This document shows positions 55,301 through 64,000 of a DNA stretch of 64,000 nucleotides, piece after piece; the first letter of the stretch is position 1; each line of letters opens with the position of its first letter. The stretch comes from a virus (Duplodnaviria; Caudoviricetes): positions 1 through 64,000 of the IMG/VR virus record IMGVR_UViG_2920580016_000003. One strand, 5' to 3'. Both the position numbers and the translations under genes were made by a program. The notes below the pieces were generated by a model. The model ran no database searches and was not told the DNA's origin. It saw nothing but the letters and a program-made list of their open reading frames with translations.

Positions 55301-57059
55301 CGCCCTGACCCCGCTGATCGAACTGGTCGCGCAGGTCGCCGCCCAGCTCGGCGGAATCCTCGCCCAGGCGGTCACGATGCTGGTGCAGGCGCTCACGCCG
55401 GTGCTGCCGGTCATCGTCCAGTTGGTGCAGCAGATCGGCGGCGCGCTCATCACCGCCCTGCAGGCCGCGGCGCCGGCGCTGCTGGCGATCGTCCAGGCGG
55501 TCCTCAGCCTCCTACCGGCGATCACCCCGCTGATCGGCTTGGTGGCGCAACTGCTGCAGGCGATCGTCCCACTGGCGGTCCAGTTCCTGCCGCTGTTCTC
55601 CCAGCTGATGGGCGCGCTGACACCGGTCATCACCGCCCTCGCCGGAGTCGTCACCCAACTGCTGGCCGCGTTGATGCCGGTCCTGAAGGTGCTGGTCGAC
55701 GTCGCGATCCAGGCGTTGACGCCGCTCATCGGCCTCGTATTGCAGGTCGTGCAGGCGCTGATGCCGCTGGTGCAGGCCGTGCTGCCCGTGCTCGTCAGCC
55801 TCGTGCAGGCGGTCACCCCGATCCTGGCGCTGGTCGCGAACGTGTTCGGCCAGATCCTGCAAGCGTTGATGCCGCTGCTCGACGCGCTCATGCAGCTGGT
55901 GATGGCGATCCTGCAGCCGCTGCTGCCATTGATCGACGCGCTCGCCCCGCTCCTCACGACGATCATCGGGTTGTTCGCGCAGCTCGTGACCGCCGTGATG
56001 CCGCTCATCGAGGTGCTGCTCAACCTGATCACGTCGGTGTTGACGCCGCTGATCGGCATCATCGCCGACGTCATCTCGTGGCTGGCAGACCGGCTCGCCC
56101 CGGTCTTCGAGTGGCTGGCCGGGATCATCAAGGTCGCGATCGACGCGATCGTGCAGGTCTTCCAATGGCTGTACGACACCCTGATCGGCAATTCGATCAT
56201 CCCCGACCTGATCAACGGATTCCGGGAGTGGTTCCAGCGCGGCGTCGACTGGGTGCGCGGCATCATCGCCTGGTTCGGCGAACTCCCCGGCATGATCGGC
56301 GGCTGGCTCGGCAGCGTCCTCGACCGGGTGTCCGAGGCGTGGAACAACATCCGAGCCGCCATCAGCCAGCGGATCAACGAGATCCGAGACACGATCGCCA
56401 ACATCCTCGGCCAAATCGGCGACCGCTGGCGGCAGGCGTGGGACAGCGTCCGCGAGTTCGTCTCGGGCGCCTGGAACAACATCCGCAACGCGGTATCCGA
56501 CGGCATCAACAACCTGCTCAACTGGTTCCGCGACCTCCCCGGGCAGATCGCCGGGGCGCTCGGAAACTTGGGCGGCACCCTGTTCAACGCCGGTCGCGAC
56601 CTGCTCATAGGGCTGTGGAACGGAATCCAGTCGCTGTGGCAGTGGTTCCGCGACGCCATCTACAACTTCTTCGCCGGAATCATGCCGCAATGGGTCAAGG
56701 ACGCCCTCGGCATCGCCTCCCCGTCGAAGCTGTTCGCCGCGATCGGCCGCGAGTTGCCGCCCGGCCTGGTGATGGGTATCGAGCACAGCCTGCCCATGCT
56801 CGAAGCCGCGTCGCAGACGATGGCGGACACCGTCGCCGGCGCCTTCACCGACGTCGCTTCGCCGGCGCCTACCTTCACCGGCACGTTTGCACCCGCTGTC
56901 GCGGCGGGCGGCGCGGGTGGCGGAGTCGTGATCCACGGCGACCTGGTGATGCCGATCCAGGGCGTCATCGACCCGTCGCGGCCGGACGCGTGGCGGCAGG
57001 TCCTCGTGCAGGTGCGGGACGGGCTGCGCGACATCGAGCGGGAGGCCTACGCAGGATGA
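52314..57059 (+). CDS. Tape measure protein
   Basis: 1581 aa; AEAFVRVRADT N-terminus, long amphipathic Leu/Ala/Pro repeats, LGIASPSKLF motif. Confidence 0.97.
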   Translation: MSMPGTPLAEAFVRVRADTDRVRDDVRSEFGRAGSDAGDEFGARFSQDALGRWHDDRGRFVSAAEAHGRAAGDGFNDEFGDQLGGSADRLRGERPRFHAEGRRLGEAAGDGANDGFGDRLRGIGDTAARVFDAITPRVSGLAGGFGNATVAAGGLLAELGKLGVAAGAMATLAASAASAAVSVGALAAALAPAAGALAALPGAALLGASAMGTLKLALHGVADGFAAAISGNYLKFIGATKDLSRAAQLVSYELFQMAPAFQDLKSSVQDALFEPLIGQMWSLLPAIHAVDDGMTGVAQAFGQAALEVVEFIRESATIHAITAIFNATKRSVEDLTPAIQPLLDGFRALSISGALFVADLAPGIAAVAARFGEFMEEAALSGRAFQWMQGAVDVFKQLGAIIADVGGIIRGVFSALDDAGAGALGVLGQLVDAAHAWVESAQGQQVLVSIFRALAQVGQALVPVITAVAAGIGQLAPLVADLATAFGPVLVGAVQALVPALQAVAPGIIAVIHGLGAAVAAIGPALTPLGTALAGLLQLAAGVFLQIGVAAAELLPGLIAVVDGVGQAVASLGAALSPIARNLSTAFQSVGPVVAELGQVLGSVLAAVAPLLPILGDLVAVVGGTLLQAVSALTPLLGPLIAAIGQVAAIVSPLIVQLGQLAAVLLSQLLATLTPLLPVIAEIAAALGGALLNAVAQIGGALIPLLPVLVQVADTLATALVGAINTLAPLLTPIISGFGELLAALAPLAAQAIQLGAALLASLLPALTPLIDTATALVPVLGGALVQAFTTLVAAVQPLLPLISQVISQFVGQLIPALAPLIPIVAQIAAVLGGALVQAWAAIAQAVTPLLPVLGQVLQVLGGALLAAVQAIVPYIGQFAQAAASLAPVLGSLATAALPILTQLLQTAAPIVGQLVAAFGQLLAAVAPLLPIVVQIAGVIGQTLLTVISSLLRAVTPLLAPLGQLAAALGNALAQAVRAVAPALVLIADAIAALLPALTPLIELVAQVAAQLGGILAQAVTMLVQALTPVLPVIVQLVQQIGGALITALQAAAPALLAIVQAVLSLLPAITPLIGLVAQLLQAIVPLAVQFLPLFSQLMGALTPVITALAGVVTQLLAALMPVLKVLVDVAIQALTPLIGLVLQVVQALMPLVQAVLPVLVSLVQAVTPILALVANVFGQILQALMPLLDALMQLVMAILQPLLPLIDALAPLLTTIIGLFAQLVTAVMPLIEVLLNLITSVLTPLIGIIADVISWLADRLAPVFEWLAGIIKVAIDAIVQVFQWLYDTLIGNSIIPDLINGFREWFQRGVDWVRGIIAWFGELPGMIGGWLGSVLDRVSEAWNNIRAAISQRINEIRDTIANILGQIGDRWRQAWDSVREFVSGAWNNIRNAVSDGINNLLNWFRDLPGQIAGALGNLGGTLFNAGRDLLIGLWNGIQSLWQWFRDAIYNFFAGIMPQWVKDALGIASPSKLFAAIGRELPPGLVMGIEHSLPMLEAASQTMADTVAGAFTDVASPAPTFTGTFAPAVAAGGAGGGVVIHGDLVMPIQGVIDPSRPDAWRQVLVQVRDGLRDIEREAYAG

Positions 57060-58243
57060 GCACCCTCCAGCTCGGCCGCCTCACCCTGCGGGAGACCATG
57101 ACGGTATCCGAGACTGTCCGGGACGCTGGCCGCACCCTCACCGTCCACGGCAAAGAAGTCACCCCGCTGATCAGCCGCACCGAACTGCTCGAGCGGCTGG
57201 AGGGCGTGCTCGGGCTGCGCGGCTCGCTCGTCCCCGCCATCTGGGAGGAGAAGTCCGAGCGGAACGGCTACTACACGATCACGGACGCGTCCGCGGACTA
57301 CACAGACCGGTTCAGGCAGTCCATCGCGTGGGTTACCTGGAAGCTCACACTGGCCAGGCACGGCGGCGACACCGACGTCGACCTGGAGAGCAGACTCAGT
57401 GGCGCTGTGCGCGCCAACGATTTCAGCCTCGCGGGGGAGCGGTGGCATGCGCCGCCGGTCGGCGCCTACGGCTACTACACCGGCTCCACGTCGCCGTCCA
57501 CGATGACGCGGGCGACGACGGACGGCGCCATCACCGTCTACCGGGCGCTCCCGGCCAACACCTCGCCACGGTGGGGGTGCGCGGTGGAGGACTATCTGCG
57601 AGGCCGCGCCCGAATCCTGTCCTCCGGGTTCGAGCGGGTCGGCACCGGGAGCACGCTGGCCACCGACAACTGGGAGCTCTCCAACGGCCTGGTGCGGGTG
57701 CGGCCCCTCACCGTCGGCGGATCGTTGGAGGTGGCCGCGTTCACCGGGTCGGCGTGGCGGCCGAAAACCTGGTGGGCGGACGTGGGCGGCACCCAAATCA
57801 GCCGCTGGGAGTCGGCCACGGTGCTGCGGAACGACCCGGAGCAGGTGATCGTGCGCTTGGTGGAGTCGCGGTCGCCGGTCGGCCGAGCCGTCCTCGACCT
57901 AACCCTGCGGCGCGGCTCGAGATTCGTCGAAGGGTATTTCCAGCGCGGCGACTCCGGGACGCTCAGCGTGTATCTGGCCACTGCTGAGACGATGACCGAC
58001 TCGACCTCGTACGTGGTGCGGTCGACGGACGACGCCAACGGCAACAGGGCGATCGCCGGGTCGGCGAGGAACTTCGACCCGCACGCATCTGGAGGCCTGA
58101 CCCGGACGGCGGCCACGGCGATGGACTTCTTTGTCGGCGTCGTCGCCGGCGGCGGCTCCGCAGTGTCCGGCGACCAAGCCACCAACCTGCGCGACCAGTA
58201 CCTCGCGGCGCTGCCCGAGACGACTGCCGCGATTCGGAGGTGA
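57056..58243 (+). CDS. Minor tail protein (distal tail-like)
   Basis: Directly after the TMP; beta-rich. Confidence 0.8.
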   Translation: MSTLQLGRLTLRETMTVSETVRDAGRTLTVHGKEVTPLISRTELLERLEGVLGLRGSLVPAIWEEKSERNGYYTITDASADYTDRFRQSIAWVTWKLTLARHGGDTDVDLESRLSGAVRANDFSLAGERWHAPPVGAYGYYTGSTSPSTMTRATTDGAITVYRALPANTSPRWGCAVEDYLRGRARILSSGFERVGTGSTLATDNWELSNGLVRVRPLTVGGSLEVAAFTGSAWRPKTWWADVGGTQISRWESATVLRNDPEQVIVRLVESRSPVGRAVLDLTLRRGSRFVEGYFQRGDSGTLSVYLATAETMTDSTSYVVRSTDDANGNRAIAGSARNFDPHASGGLTRTAATAMDFFVGVVAGGGSAVSGDQATNLRDQYLAALPETTAAIRR

Positions 58244-58247
58244 GCAG

Positions 58248-61163
58248 GTGCCGGTCACGGAGACGCTGATGGGGCTCGGCTCCTGGTCCATCACCCTCGT
58301 CGAGGAAACCCCGAAAGACCTCTTGGACCGCCTGGCGTTCTTCGGCCACATCGCCGTACAGGCCGGCCGCCTCGACCCGGCCCAGTACGGCGACAACCTG
58401 CTCACCACCGGCCGGTATGTCGGCGTGCTCACCGGGCGGGACTTTGACACCACGAAGAAGATCAACGGCCAGGGGATGGCGTTGTGGTTGGGCGACTCCG
58501 ACGACAAGGGCGAGATCTTCGAGACGCCGCTCAACATCACCGGCAAGACGTTCCCCAACGCCATCAGGGACATCCTCGGCTCCGGCACCGCGGTCATCGA
58601 GGGCGCCCTGTACAGCGCGGCCGGCACGTATACCGGCACGCACGTGTGGCAGAGCAAACGCAAGGCTGTCGACTACGTGTGCCAGCTGTTCAACTGCGAA
58701 TGGCGGGTCAACGGCAACGCCACCCTCGACGCCGGCCCAGCCGCCAACCTGTTCGCCACCACCCCAAAGTGTGTGATCGTCCGAAACGGCGCCGACGGCC
58801 ACGACCTCGCCCTCACCGGGCTGCCCGGCGACATGTCCCTGGCCCGGGACGTACAGGACTGGACCACCCGCGTCGTCCTCCTCGCCGAAGGCCAGGGGGA
58901 GGCGACCGCCACCGGCTCGGCGAACATCGCGTCGAACCCGTACGTTGATCTGCGCGGCCAGGCGGTCAAGCGGACCCGTCTCGTCTCCGAGTCGGGCACG
59001 TCGACCGGCAACGCCCAAGCGAGGGCGCAACTCCAGCTCAACCGCTTCTCGGGCACCCGCAACGCGCTACGGCTGTCCACCCACGACTACGAGGTGCGCG
59101 GCTCCTTCGCGGTCGGGGATTGGGTGTGGGTGTGGGATCCCGACTCAGGCATCGTCGACCCCAGCGTGGAGGTCACGTTTCGCGGACAGCGGTTCAACCC
59201 CTTGAAGTTGCGGGTGGCGGAGTGTTCGTGGCCGGTCACGGAGGAGATGACGGTCGCCTACCGGCACCAGGACGGCACCTGGCACGATCTCACCCCCTTT
59301 GTGCGGTTCGAGTCGGGTGCGACGAGCATTACGGTGGGCGAGCTCGGCCGCAGCCTCACGAACGCGGGCAGCGAACCTGTCGGGCCCAGGCCGATCCCCG
59401 ACTCGACCATTCCCGGCGTCGTCACCTGGGTGACGCCGTTCCAAACGTCGGTCTACCTGGACGGGCTCGGCAACACCCGCGCCCGGATCATCGCCTTCTG
59501 GCAGCTGCCGCTCAACACTGACGGCTCGACGATCCTCGACGGCCACCACTACGAGATCGGCTACGGCATCTCCCCGGCCACCTCGTGGGAGATCGCCTAT
59601 GCGCCGTGGGGCGACCTGCAGGGCGTCGTCAACGACCTGAGCCCTGGGGTCACGTACGACTTCCGGATCCGCGCCGTCGACCTGGCCGGCAACGCGGGCG
59701 CCTGGTCGGCGACCGTGAGCGCCACAGCCAACCCCGACACGATCCCGCCGTCGACGCCAGCCGCGCCGACCGTCGCCGGCTCCCGGCTCGCCCTCCAAAT
59801 CAGCCACAACCTGGGCAAATCCACGGGCGGCACCTTCAACCTGGAAAAGGATCTCCAACACCTGGAGATCCACGTCGGTGCTACCAGCGGATTCACCGCC
59901 GACTCGACCACGTTGAAGGGCAAAACGCCGGCGACGGCCGCGATGATGCAGGCGCTGATCCCGGCGATCGCGACGGTCGAGGTTGAGGAGACGACGGCGC
60001 GGTGGGTGCGGGTCATCGCGGTGGACGAGGCGGGGAACCGGTCGGCGGCGTCTGCGTCGGCCAGCGCGACGGCGCTGCTGATCGACGACGCCCACATCTC
60101 GGACCTGACCGTGACCAAGGTGACGGCGGGCACGATCTCGTCGAACTGGTTGATCGGCGCCGAGATCCGCACCGCGTCTGCTGGTCAGCGCGTGGTGTTG
60201 AACGCCACCGGGTTGCACGGCTTCGACTCCGGGAACAACGAACTGGTCAGTCTGCTCAACACCGGGTCATTCACGTTGCGCAGCGCACCGTCGGGGTCAC
60301 GTGTGCAGCTCGACACCTCCGGCCTGAAGGTCTTCAGCGGCACCACCGAGGTGGTGTCGCTGCTGGCGTCCGGCAGTTTCACGCTCAGGTCGGCCGCGAG
60401 CGGTGCCCGGGTCGAGTTGGACACGGCCGGGCTGCGGATCATCAATTCGGGCGGCACACAACTCGTCAACTTGGCCAGTTCCGGCTCTTTCACGCTGCGG
60501 TCCGCAGGGTCGGGGAGCAGGGTCGAACTCGACATGAACGGCCTGCGGCTGTACGACGGCGGCGGCAGCCAGACCCTGAACCTGGACGCCACCAACGGCA
60601 ACGTCGACATGGTCGGCCGACTCACAAGCACGGTATCCGGCTCTTCGGCACGGCTTGTGATCAACCCGAACTTCGGCGCTGATCCGGAAATCCGGTTCTA
60701 CGAGAACACGTTTGATTACCACTACATTACGTCTCATGTTGGAGCAGGTGTAGATGCTGTTCAGATGGGGTCGGTGACAGTCGGCGACAGAAAGGGGCTT
60801 CTGCAGCTGGCACCTGGAATAGTTGAGCTGATTCGCACGACCGGAGGGGCCACCTTTACGCATACCGGACTGAGAGTGAACGACACATGGTTTGATATGC
60901 ATGGAATGCTGGGACAGCCGGGCAACAACAGCGTATGGGTCCGGGGCAGTTCTCAAATCGGCGGTTTCGCCACCGGATACACGATCTTCTTCGGTGGAAC
61001 GATGGACTCGGCGATTTACCCAGTGATCTCGTTCTTTGACATCGGAAGTAACGTCTATGCGGCGATCAAGAACGGGGGCGGGGCATCGTCGTTCGGATTC
61101 CTGCAGTCGCAACCTTCTTCTGTTGATCCCCACGAGGTGACATATCTGGGATGGAGGATGTAA
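58248..61163 (+). CDS. Tail tip/spike protein with FN3 domain and internal repeats
   Basis: TYDFRIRAVDLAGN..AWS...D.IPPSTP FN3; DDAHISDLTV.K; four ~36-aa GSFTLRSA.SG.RV.LD..GL repeats. Confidence 0.85.
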   Translation: MPVTETLMGLGSWSITLVEETPKDLLDRLAFFGHIAVQAGRLDPAQYGDNLLTTGRYVGVLTGRDFDTTKKINGQGMALWLGDSDDKGEIFETPLNITGKTFPNAIRDILGSGTAVIEGALYSAAGTYTGTHVWQSKRKAVDYVCQLFNCEWRVNGNATLDAGPAANLFATTPKCVIVRNGADGHDLALTGLPGDMSLARDVQDWTTRVVLLAEGQGEATATGSANIASNPYVDLRGQAVKRTRLVSESGTSTGNAQARAQLQLNRFSGTRNALRLSTHDYEVRGSFAVGDWVWVWDPDSGIVDPSVEVTFRGQRFNPLKLRVAECSWPVTEEMTVAYRHQDGTWHDLTPFVRFESGATSITVGELGRSLTNAGSEPVGPRPIPDSTIPGVVTWVTPFQTSVYLDGLGNTRARIIAFWQLPLNTDGSTILDGHHYEIGYGISPATSWEIAYAPWGDLQGVVNDLSPGVTYDFRIRAVDLAGNAGAWSATVSATANPDTIPPSTPAAPTVAGSRLALQISHNLGKSTGGTFNLEKDLQHLEIHVGATSGFTADSTTLKGKTPATAAMMQALIPAIATVEVEETTARWVRVIAVDEAGNRSAASASASATALLIDDAHISDLTVTKVTAGTISSNWLIGAEIRTASAGQRVVLNATGLHGFDSGNNELVSLLNTGSFTLRSAPSGSRVQLDTSGLKVFSGTTEVVSLLASGSFTLRSAASGARVELDTAGLRIINSGGTQLVNLASSGSFTLRSAGSGSRVELDMNGLRLYDGGGSQTLNLDATNGNVDMVGRLTSTVSGSSARLVINPNFGADPEIRFYENTFDYHYITSHVGAGVDAVQMGSVTVGDRKGLLQLAPGIVELIRTTGGATFTHTGLRVNDTWFDMHGMLGQPGNNSVWVRGSSQIGGFATGYTIFFGGTMDSAIYPVISFFDIGSNVYAAIKNGGGASSFGFLQSQPSSVDPHEVTYLGWRM

Positions 61164-61756
61164 TGGCGGCGATCGTTGATGTCCGTGAACACTATGATCG
61201 TGATGGCGTGGACCGATGGCAGTTTGATGTGCTGCAGGACGACGGCACTCTTCACGGCTATGTGATGCCGATTCACTGGCTGCCCCAGGTTGCTGCCGAG
61301 TACGGCCTGCCGATGGACGACTTCGAGCAGCTGCTCGACGTTGCGATCCACACCGCGCACGTCGACCAGGACCTCACCCGCGGCACCGATCCAGTCGCGC
61401 GCGCCCGCGCCGGGCGTCCGGTCACCCTGCACAATGCGGCCAGCCTGGACGAGGTGCGGGAGGCGCACCTCGCCAGGATCGCCGCCGTCAAGGCATCCGG
61501 GCGGCGGATCGACATGCCGAAGCCGGGTGCCAAGGCGCGGATCCCGGTCGCCGCCGCCGCGGACGGCCGGCTGGAGTACGGCGAGGTCGACGCGCACGCC
61601 AAGCTCGCGGCGCTCAAATCACGGTTCGGGCCGGACATGGAGATCAGGACAGGTCGCGGCACGACGACCGTCGGCGAGTGGCATCGCCAGGCGAACAAGG
61701 ACCTCGACGAGCGGCTCCCCTACCGGAAGAGGACACGTGGAACCGATCAGCGTTGA
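61151..61756 (+). CDS. Hypothetical tail-associated protein
   Basis: Follows the tail tip gene. Confidence 0.65.
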   Translation: MEDVMAAIVDVREHYDRDGVDRWQFDVLQDDGTLHGYVMPIHWLPQVAAEYGLPMDDFEQLLDVAIHTAHVDQDLTRGTDPVARARAGRPVTLHNAASLDEVREAHLARIAAVKASGRRIDMPKPGAKARIPVAAAADGRLEYGEVDAHAKLAALKSRFGPDMEIRTGRGTTTVGEWHRQANKDLDERLPYRKRTRGTDQR

Positions 61757-61940
61757 CATTCATGCCGTATTCGGCGAGGTCGAACGGCAACGTAACGACG
61801 CGCTGACCGAGTCGGCGACACTGCGCGCCCACGTCGCCGCACTGACCGGCGAACGCGACGAACTCCGCGCCGAACTGGAGCGGCTCCGCCGCGGCGAACA
61901 GCCCGACCGGCCGGTGGTGGCAGGCTCTGTTGAAGACTGA
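61737..61940 (+). CDS. Small coiled-coil protein
   Basis: EVERQRNDAL...A..RA.VAAL..E.DELRAEL. Confidence 0.65.
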   Translation: MEPISVDIHAVFGEVERQRNDALTESATLRAHVAALTGERDELRAELERLRRGEQPDRPVVAGSVED

Positions 61941-62105
61941 CTAACGATGCTTGGTGATCGTCGTCCTCTTGCGGCGGCGCGCCCAAATCCACGGATACGC
62001 CATCCCCATCGTGCAGCACATCCACACGATCTCGCCGACCGTCCACGCCGGCTTCGACACCGACCTGCCGACGTTGCGTACTTCGATCGGCTTGTCCTTA
62101 CCCAT
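61941..62105 (-). CDS. 54-aa antisense ORF with hydrophobic/basic segment
   Basis: MGKDKPIEVRNVGRSVSKPAWTVGEIVWMCCTMGMAYPWIWARRRKRTTITKHR; GGAGG SD; abuts the convergent stop codon. Confidence 0.55.
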   Translation of the reverse strand: MGKDKPIEVRNVGRSVSKPAWTVGEIVWMCCTMGMAYPWIWARRRKRTTITKHR

Positions 62106-62291
62106 CCACGCCTCCTGATCCACGGCCGATAAGGGGACGCTCCGATCGTCCCTCACGTTGGCCCGAATCCGCGTGGCCGGATGCGGACACCCCAGAGACG
62201 TGCCGCCCTGCGTTTGAGGGTGCTCCGGCAGGGCGGCACACCTACTTCCATTCACGGCCTTCCGCCGGATCGTCCACGAGGGAGGACGTGA

Positions 62292-62609
62292 GTGCCCGAT
62301 GAGCCGACACCGTGGGAACTCCACCGTTCGATGGAGGCCCTGCGCCGCAGTCTCGAATCCGGGTTCGCGTCCCTCAACTCACGGCTTGATCGCGTTGTGT
62401 CCAGCGAACTCTTCGCCGCATACCAGCAGGCTGTTCAACGCCAGTTCGACGATCACGAACGCAAAATCACGGCGATCGAAGCCGACCGCGAAGCCGACAA
62501 GAAGGAACGGGACAACTACAAGCGGCTGATCGGCCTCGCCGTTTTCACGTCGATCATCGCACCGCTGGTCATCCTGCTCTTCCAGCTCTGGCTGAACAAG
62601 GGGACATGA
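62292..62609 (+). CDS. Membrane protein of the lysis module (holin-like)
   Basis: GGAGG SD; coiled coil plus C-terminal TM LIGLAVFTSIIAPLVILLFQLW. Confidence 0.65.
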   Translation: MPDEPTPWELHRSMEALRRSLESGFASLNSRLDRVVSSELFAAYQQAVQRQFDDHERKITAIEADREADKKERDNYKRLIGLAVFTSIIAPLVILLFQLWLNKGT

Positions 62610-63325
62610 TGGGCCGGCACAACGACGACGGGCTGTTTCGCGACCACGCCGATGACACCACCGTCAACGAGCCAGCCGAGAAGGAAGAGGGATCGCGGCA
62701 GCCGCGCTGGTGGCCGCTGCCGCTCGTCGCCGCTGTCATCTTCGCCGCTGTCATCTTCGCGATCATGCTGCAAATGCACGACTTGCGCGAGCGGGCGGAC
62801 GTAGCGGAACGCAACAGCGAGGTACTCGCCGAGCAGGTGCGGGAGATGGGCGGCAAACCGAAGGTGACCCCGGATCCCGGGCCGCCCGGCGAACGCGGGG
62901 ACCAGGGCGAGCCTGGCCGCCCGCCGACCTCGGCCGAAATCAGCGCAGCCGTCGCCGCCTATCTGCGCCAGAACCCGCCGTCGTCTGGCCGGGCGCCGAG
63001 CAAGGCGGAGATTGCTGCGGCGGTGTCGGCGTATCTACGCGAGAACCCGCCACCTGCTGGCCCGCGCGGCGAAAAAGGCGAGCCCGGAGAGACAGTGACA
63101 GGCCCGCCCGGGCCAGCAGGTGAACCCGGGAAAGACGGCGTGGACGGCAAGGACTCCACCGTCCCTGGCCCAAAGGGCGACCCGGGGCCGCCTCCGTCCG
63201 CCGAGCAGATCTCTGCAGCTGTCGAGGCATGGCTGCAGGCCAACCCGATCTACTGTTATCCGCCCGATCCGCCTGGCCAGGTCACCGGAAAACCATGGCG
63301 ATGCACCGCCACCCCGCCCTCCTGA
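62606..63325 (+). CDS. Membrane-anchored collagen-like protein
   Basis: TM helix followed by G-X-Y repeats (GPPGERGDQGEPG, GPAGEPGKDGVDGKD). Confidence 0.85.
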   Translation: MMGRHNDDGLFRDHADDTTVNEPAEKEEGSRQPRWWPLPLVAAVIFAAVIFAIMLQMHDLRERADVAERNSEVLAEQVREMGGKPKVTPDPGPPGERGDQGEPGRPPTSAEISAAVAAYLRQNPPSSGRAPSKAEIAAAVSAYLRENPPPAGPRGEKGEPGETVTGPPGPAGEPGKDGVDGKDSTVPGPKGDPGPPPSAEQISAAVEAWLQANPIYCYPPDPPGQVTGKPWRCTATPPS

Positions 63326-63367
63326 ACCAACCACCTACGCCTGCAACCCGGAAGGAGCACCCTCACC

Positions 63368-63511
63368 GTGAGGCAGAACGAAGCCGAGCTCACCGCCACC
63401 AAAGTTGATCGGCAGCCGTGGGAAGCCACGGAAGACGACGAAGAGACCGTGCTCAAGGAGCGGTTCGGGCCGCCCGACGATGACGGCATCTACCGCGGCG
63501 AGGGGGCGTGA
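63368..63511 (+). CDS. 47-aa acidic peptide
   Basis: GAAGGAG SD; EDDEETVLKERFGPPDDDGIYRGE. Confidence 0.55.
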   Translation: MRQNEAELTATKVDRQPWEATEDDEETVLKERFGPPDDDGIYRGEGA

Positions 63512-63783
63512 TGCTGACCATCACACGCACCCGGACCCACACTTTTATCGAGTTCGCGAACCCGTTCCTGGTGTGCGAAGGATGCGGCCAGCCAGTCACC
63601 CGGATGCACCGCCACGAGCGGTGCGGCTGCAACGACCCAGAGGTGGATCGCAACCCGTGCTGCGGATCGTACGGCGAGCGCAGCACATGCCCATCGTGGG
63701 GACCTGTGGACGGTTGTACATGCGTGGCATCCCTCGGCTACATCCCCCACGGGCCTGCGGGAACCTCGGCGGTGAAGAAATGA
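63508..63783 (+). CDS. Cys-rich small protein
   Basis: CEGC..H..CGC..CC..C..C.C; coupled on both sides. Confidence 0.6.
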   Translation: MMLTITRTRTHTFIEFANPFLVCEGCGQPVTRMHRHERCGCNDPEVDRNPCCGSYGERSTCPSWGPVDGCTCVASLGYIPHGPAGTSAVKK

Positions 63784-64000
63784 CGGCGGCGAAGATGCTG
63801 GCCGCGGGCCGCGCCGACCTCGGCCTGTCCGGCAGGCCGAACCACATCACCCGCGACTACGCTGCCCGGCACGGCAAAGCGTTTCTTGAGGCGCCGTGGT
63901 GCAACATGGCGATCACGTATTGGGCGCGCAAGTCCGGCAACGCCGCCGCCGTCCTTCCGGCCGGAGACCGGGCGTATACGCCGTGGCACGCCGACGACGG
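63780..64000 (+). CDS. Endolysin, CHAP-type (5' part only)
   Basis: LG.S.RPNHITRDY...APWCNMAITYWA...AYTPWH; CHAP catalytic Cys motif; runs off the window. Confidence 0.8.
   Translation, partial: MTAAKMLAAGRADLGLSGRPNHITRDYAARHGKAFLEAPWCNMAITYWARKSGNAAAVLPAGDRAYTPWHADD

Larger units (their letters stand above)
1..64000 (+). mobile_element. Temperate actinobacteriophage / prophage (siphovirus-like), incomplete at both window ends
   Basis: Continuous phage gene order from repressor to endolysin; dense ATGA/GTGA overlaps; TerL, portal, capsid and tape measure recognisable; no host housekeeping genes. Confidence 0.97.

Noticed and set aside
41600-56936. Long antisense or alternative-frame ORFs (e.g. 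41600-43333, 43461-45182, 45442-47463, 54935-56659, 54830-58243)
   Set aside because: High-GC shadow ORFs of clear structural genes; Arg/Pro/Gly-rich or mirror-codon sequences without motifs
52314-57059. Tape-measure internal repeats as a novel feature
   Set aside because: Amphipathic repeats are standard for tape measure proteins
58248-61163. Diversity-generating retroelement target
   Set aside because: No reverse transcriptase and no near-identical TR/VR pair differing at adenines was seen
62606-63325. Collagen-like protein as a tail fibre
   Set aside because: It has an N-terminal TM anchor and lies in the lysis module, a common actinophage arrangement
29713-64000. Invertible segment/shufflon controlling the fibre modules
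   Set aside because: No second copy of the 14-bp arm was found by eye, and all fibre genes are on the same strand
1-64000. tRNA, rRNA, IS/transposase, toxin-antitoxin or restriction endonuclease genes
   Set aside because: None recognisable by eye; a tRNAscan/Infernal/HMM run would be needed to exclude them formally

Overview
The whole 64 kb window is one high-GC actinobacterial temperate siphovirus or prophage genome, almost entirely on the + strand. It starts at the stop codon of a minus-strand XRE immunity repressor and ends inside a CHAP-type endolysin, so the integrase and att sites are probably outside the window. Gene order: immunity switch (repressor, operators, Cro-like and Xis-like genes); early genes with RecE/RecT, DnaQ-like exonuclease, HJ resolvase, WhiB, MazG-like, beta-clamp and two orphan DNA methyltransferases; PrimPol-helicase plus a candidate origin; about 11 kb of accessory genes (TerS-like gene, HNH insertion, tyrosine recombinase with its own res-like site, second repressor paralog); an unusual 8.5 kb cassette of fibre, lectin and esterase structural-type genes placed before the terminase; TerL, portal-MuF fusion, protease/scaffold, capsid, neck, tail tube, frameshifting chaperone, 1581-aa tape measure and tail tip; lysis genes. 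No rRNA, tRNA, CRISPR array, IS element or reverse transcriptase was recognised. Best leads: (1) the duplicated pre-terminase fibre cassette, (2) the mid-genome tyrosine recombinase with a perfect 14-6-14 core site plus two accessory half-sites, (3) a repressor paralog sharing the repressor C-terminal domain, (4) a tail-tube-like mini-protein in the accessory region, (5) recurrent 18-28 bp gene-junction repeats. All product calls come from motif recognition by eye; no database searches were run.
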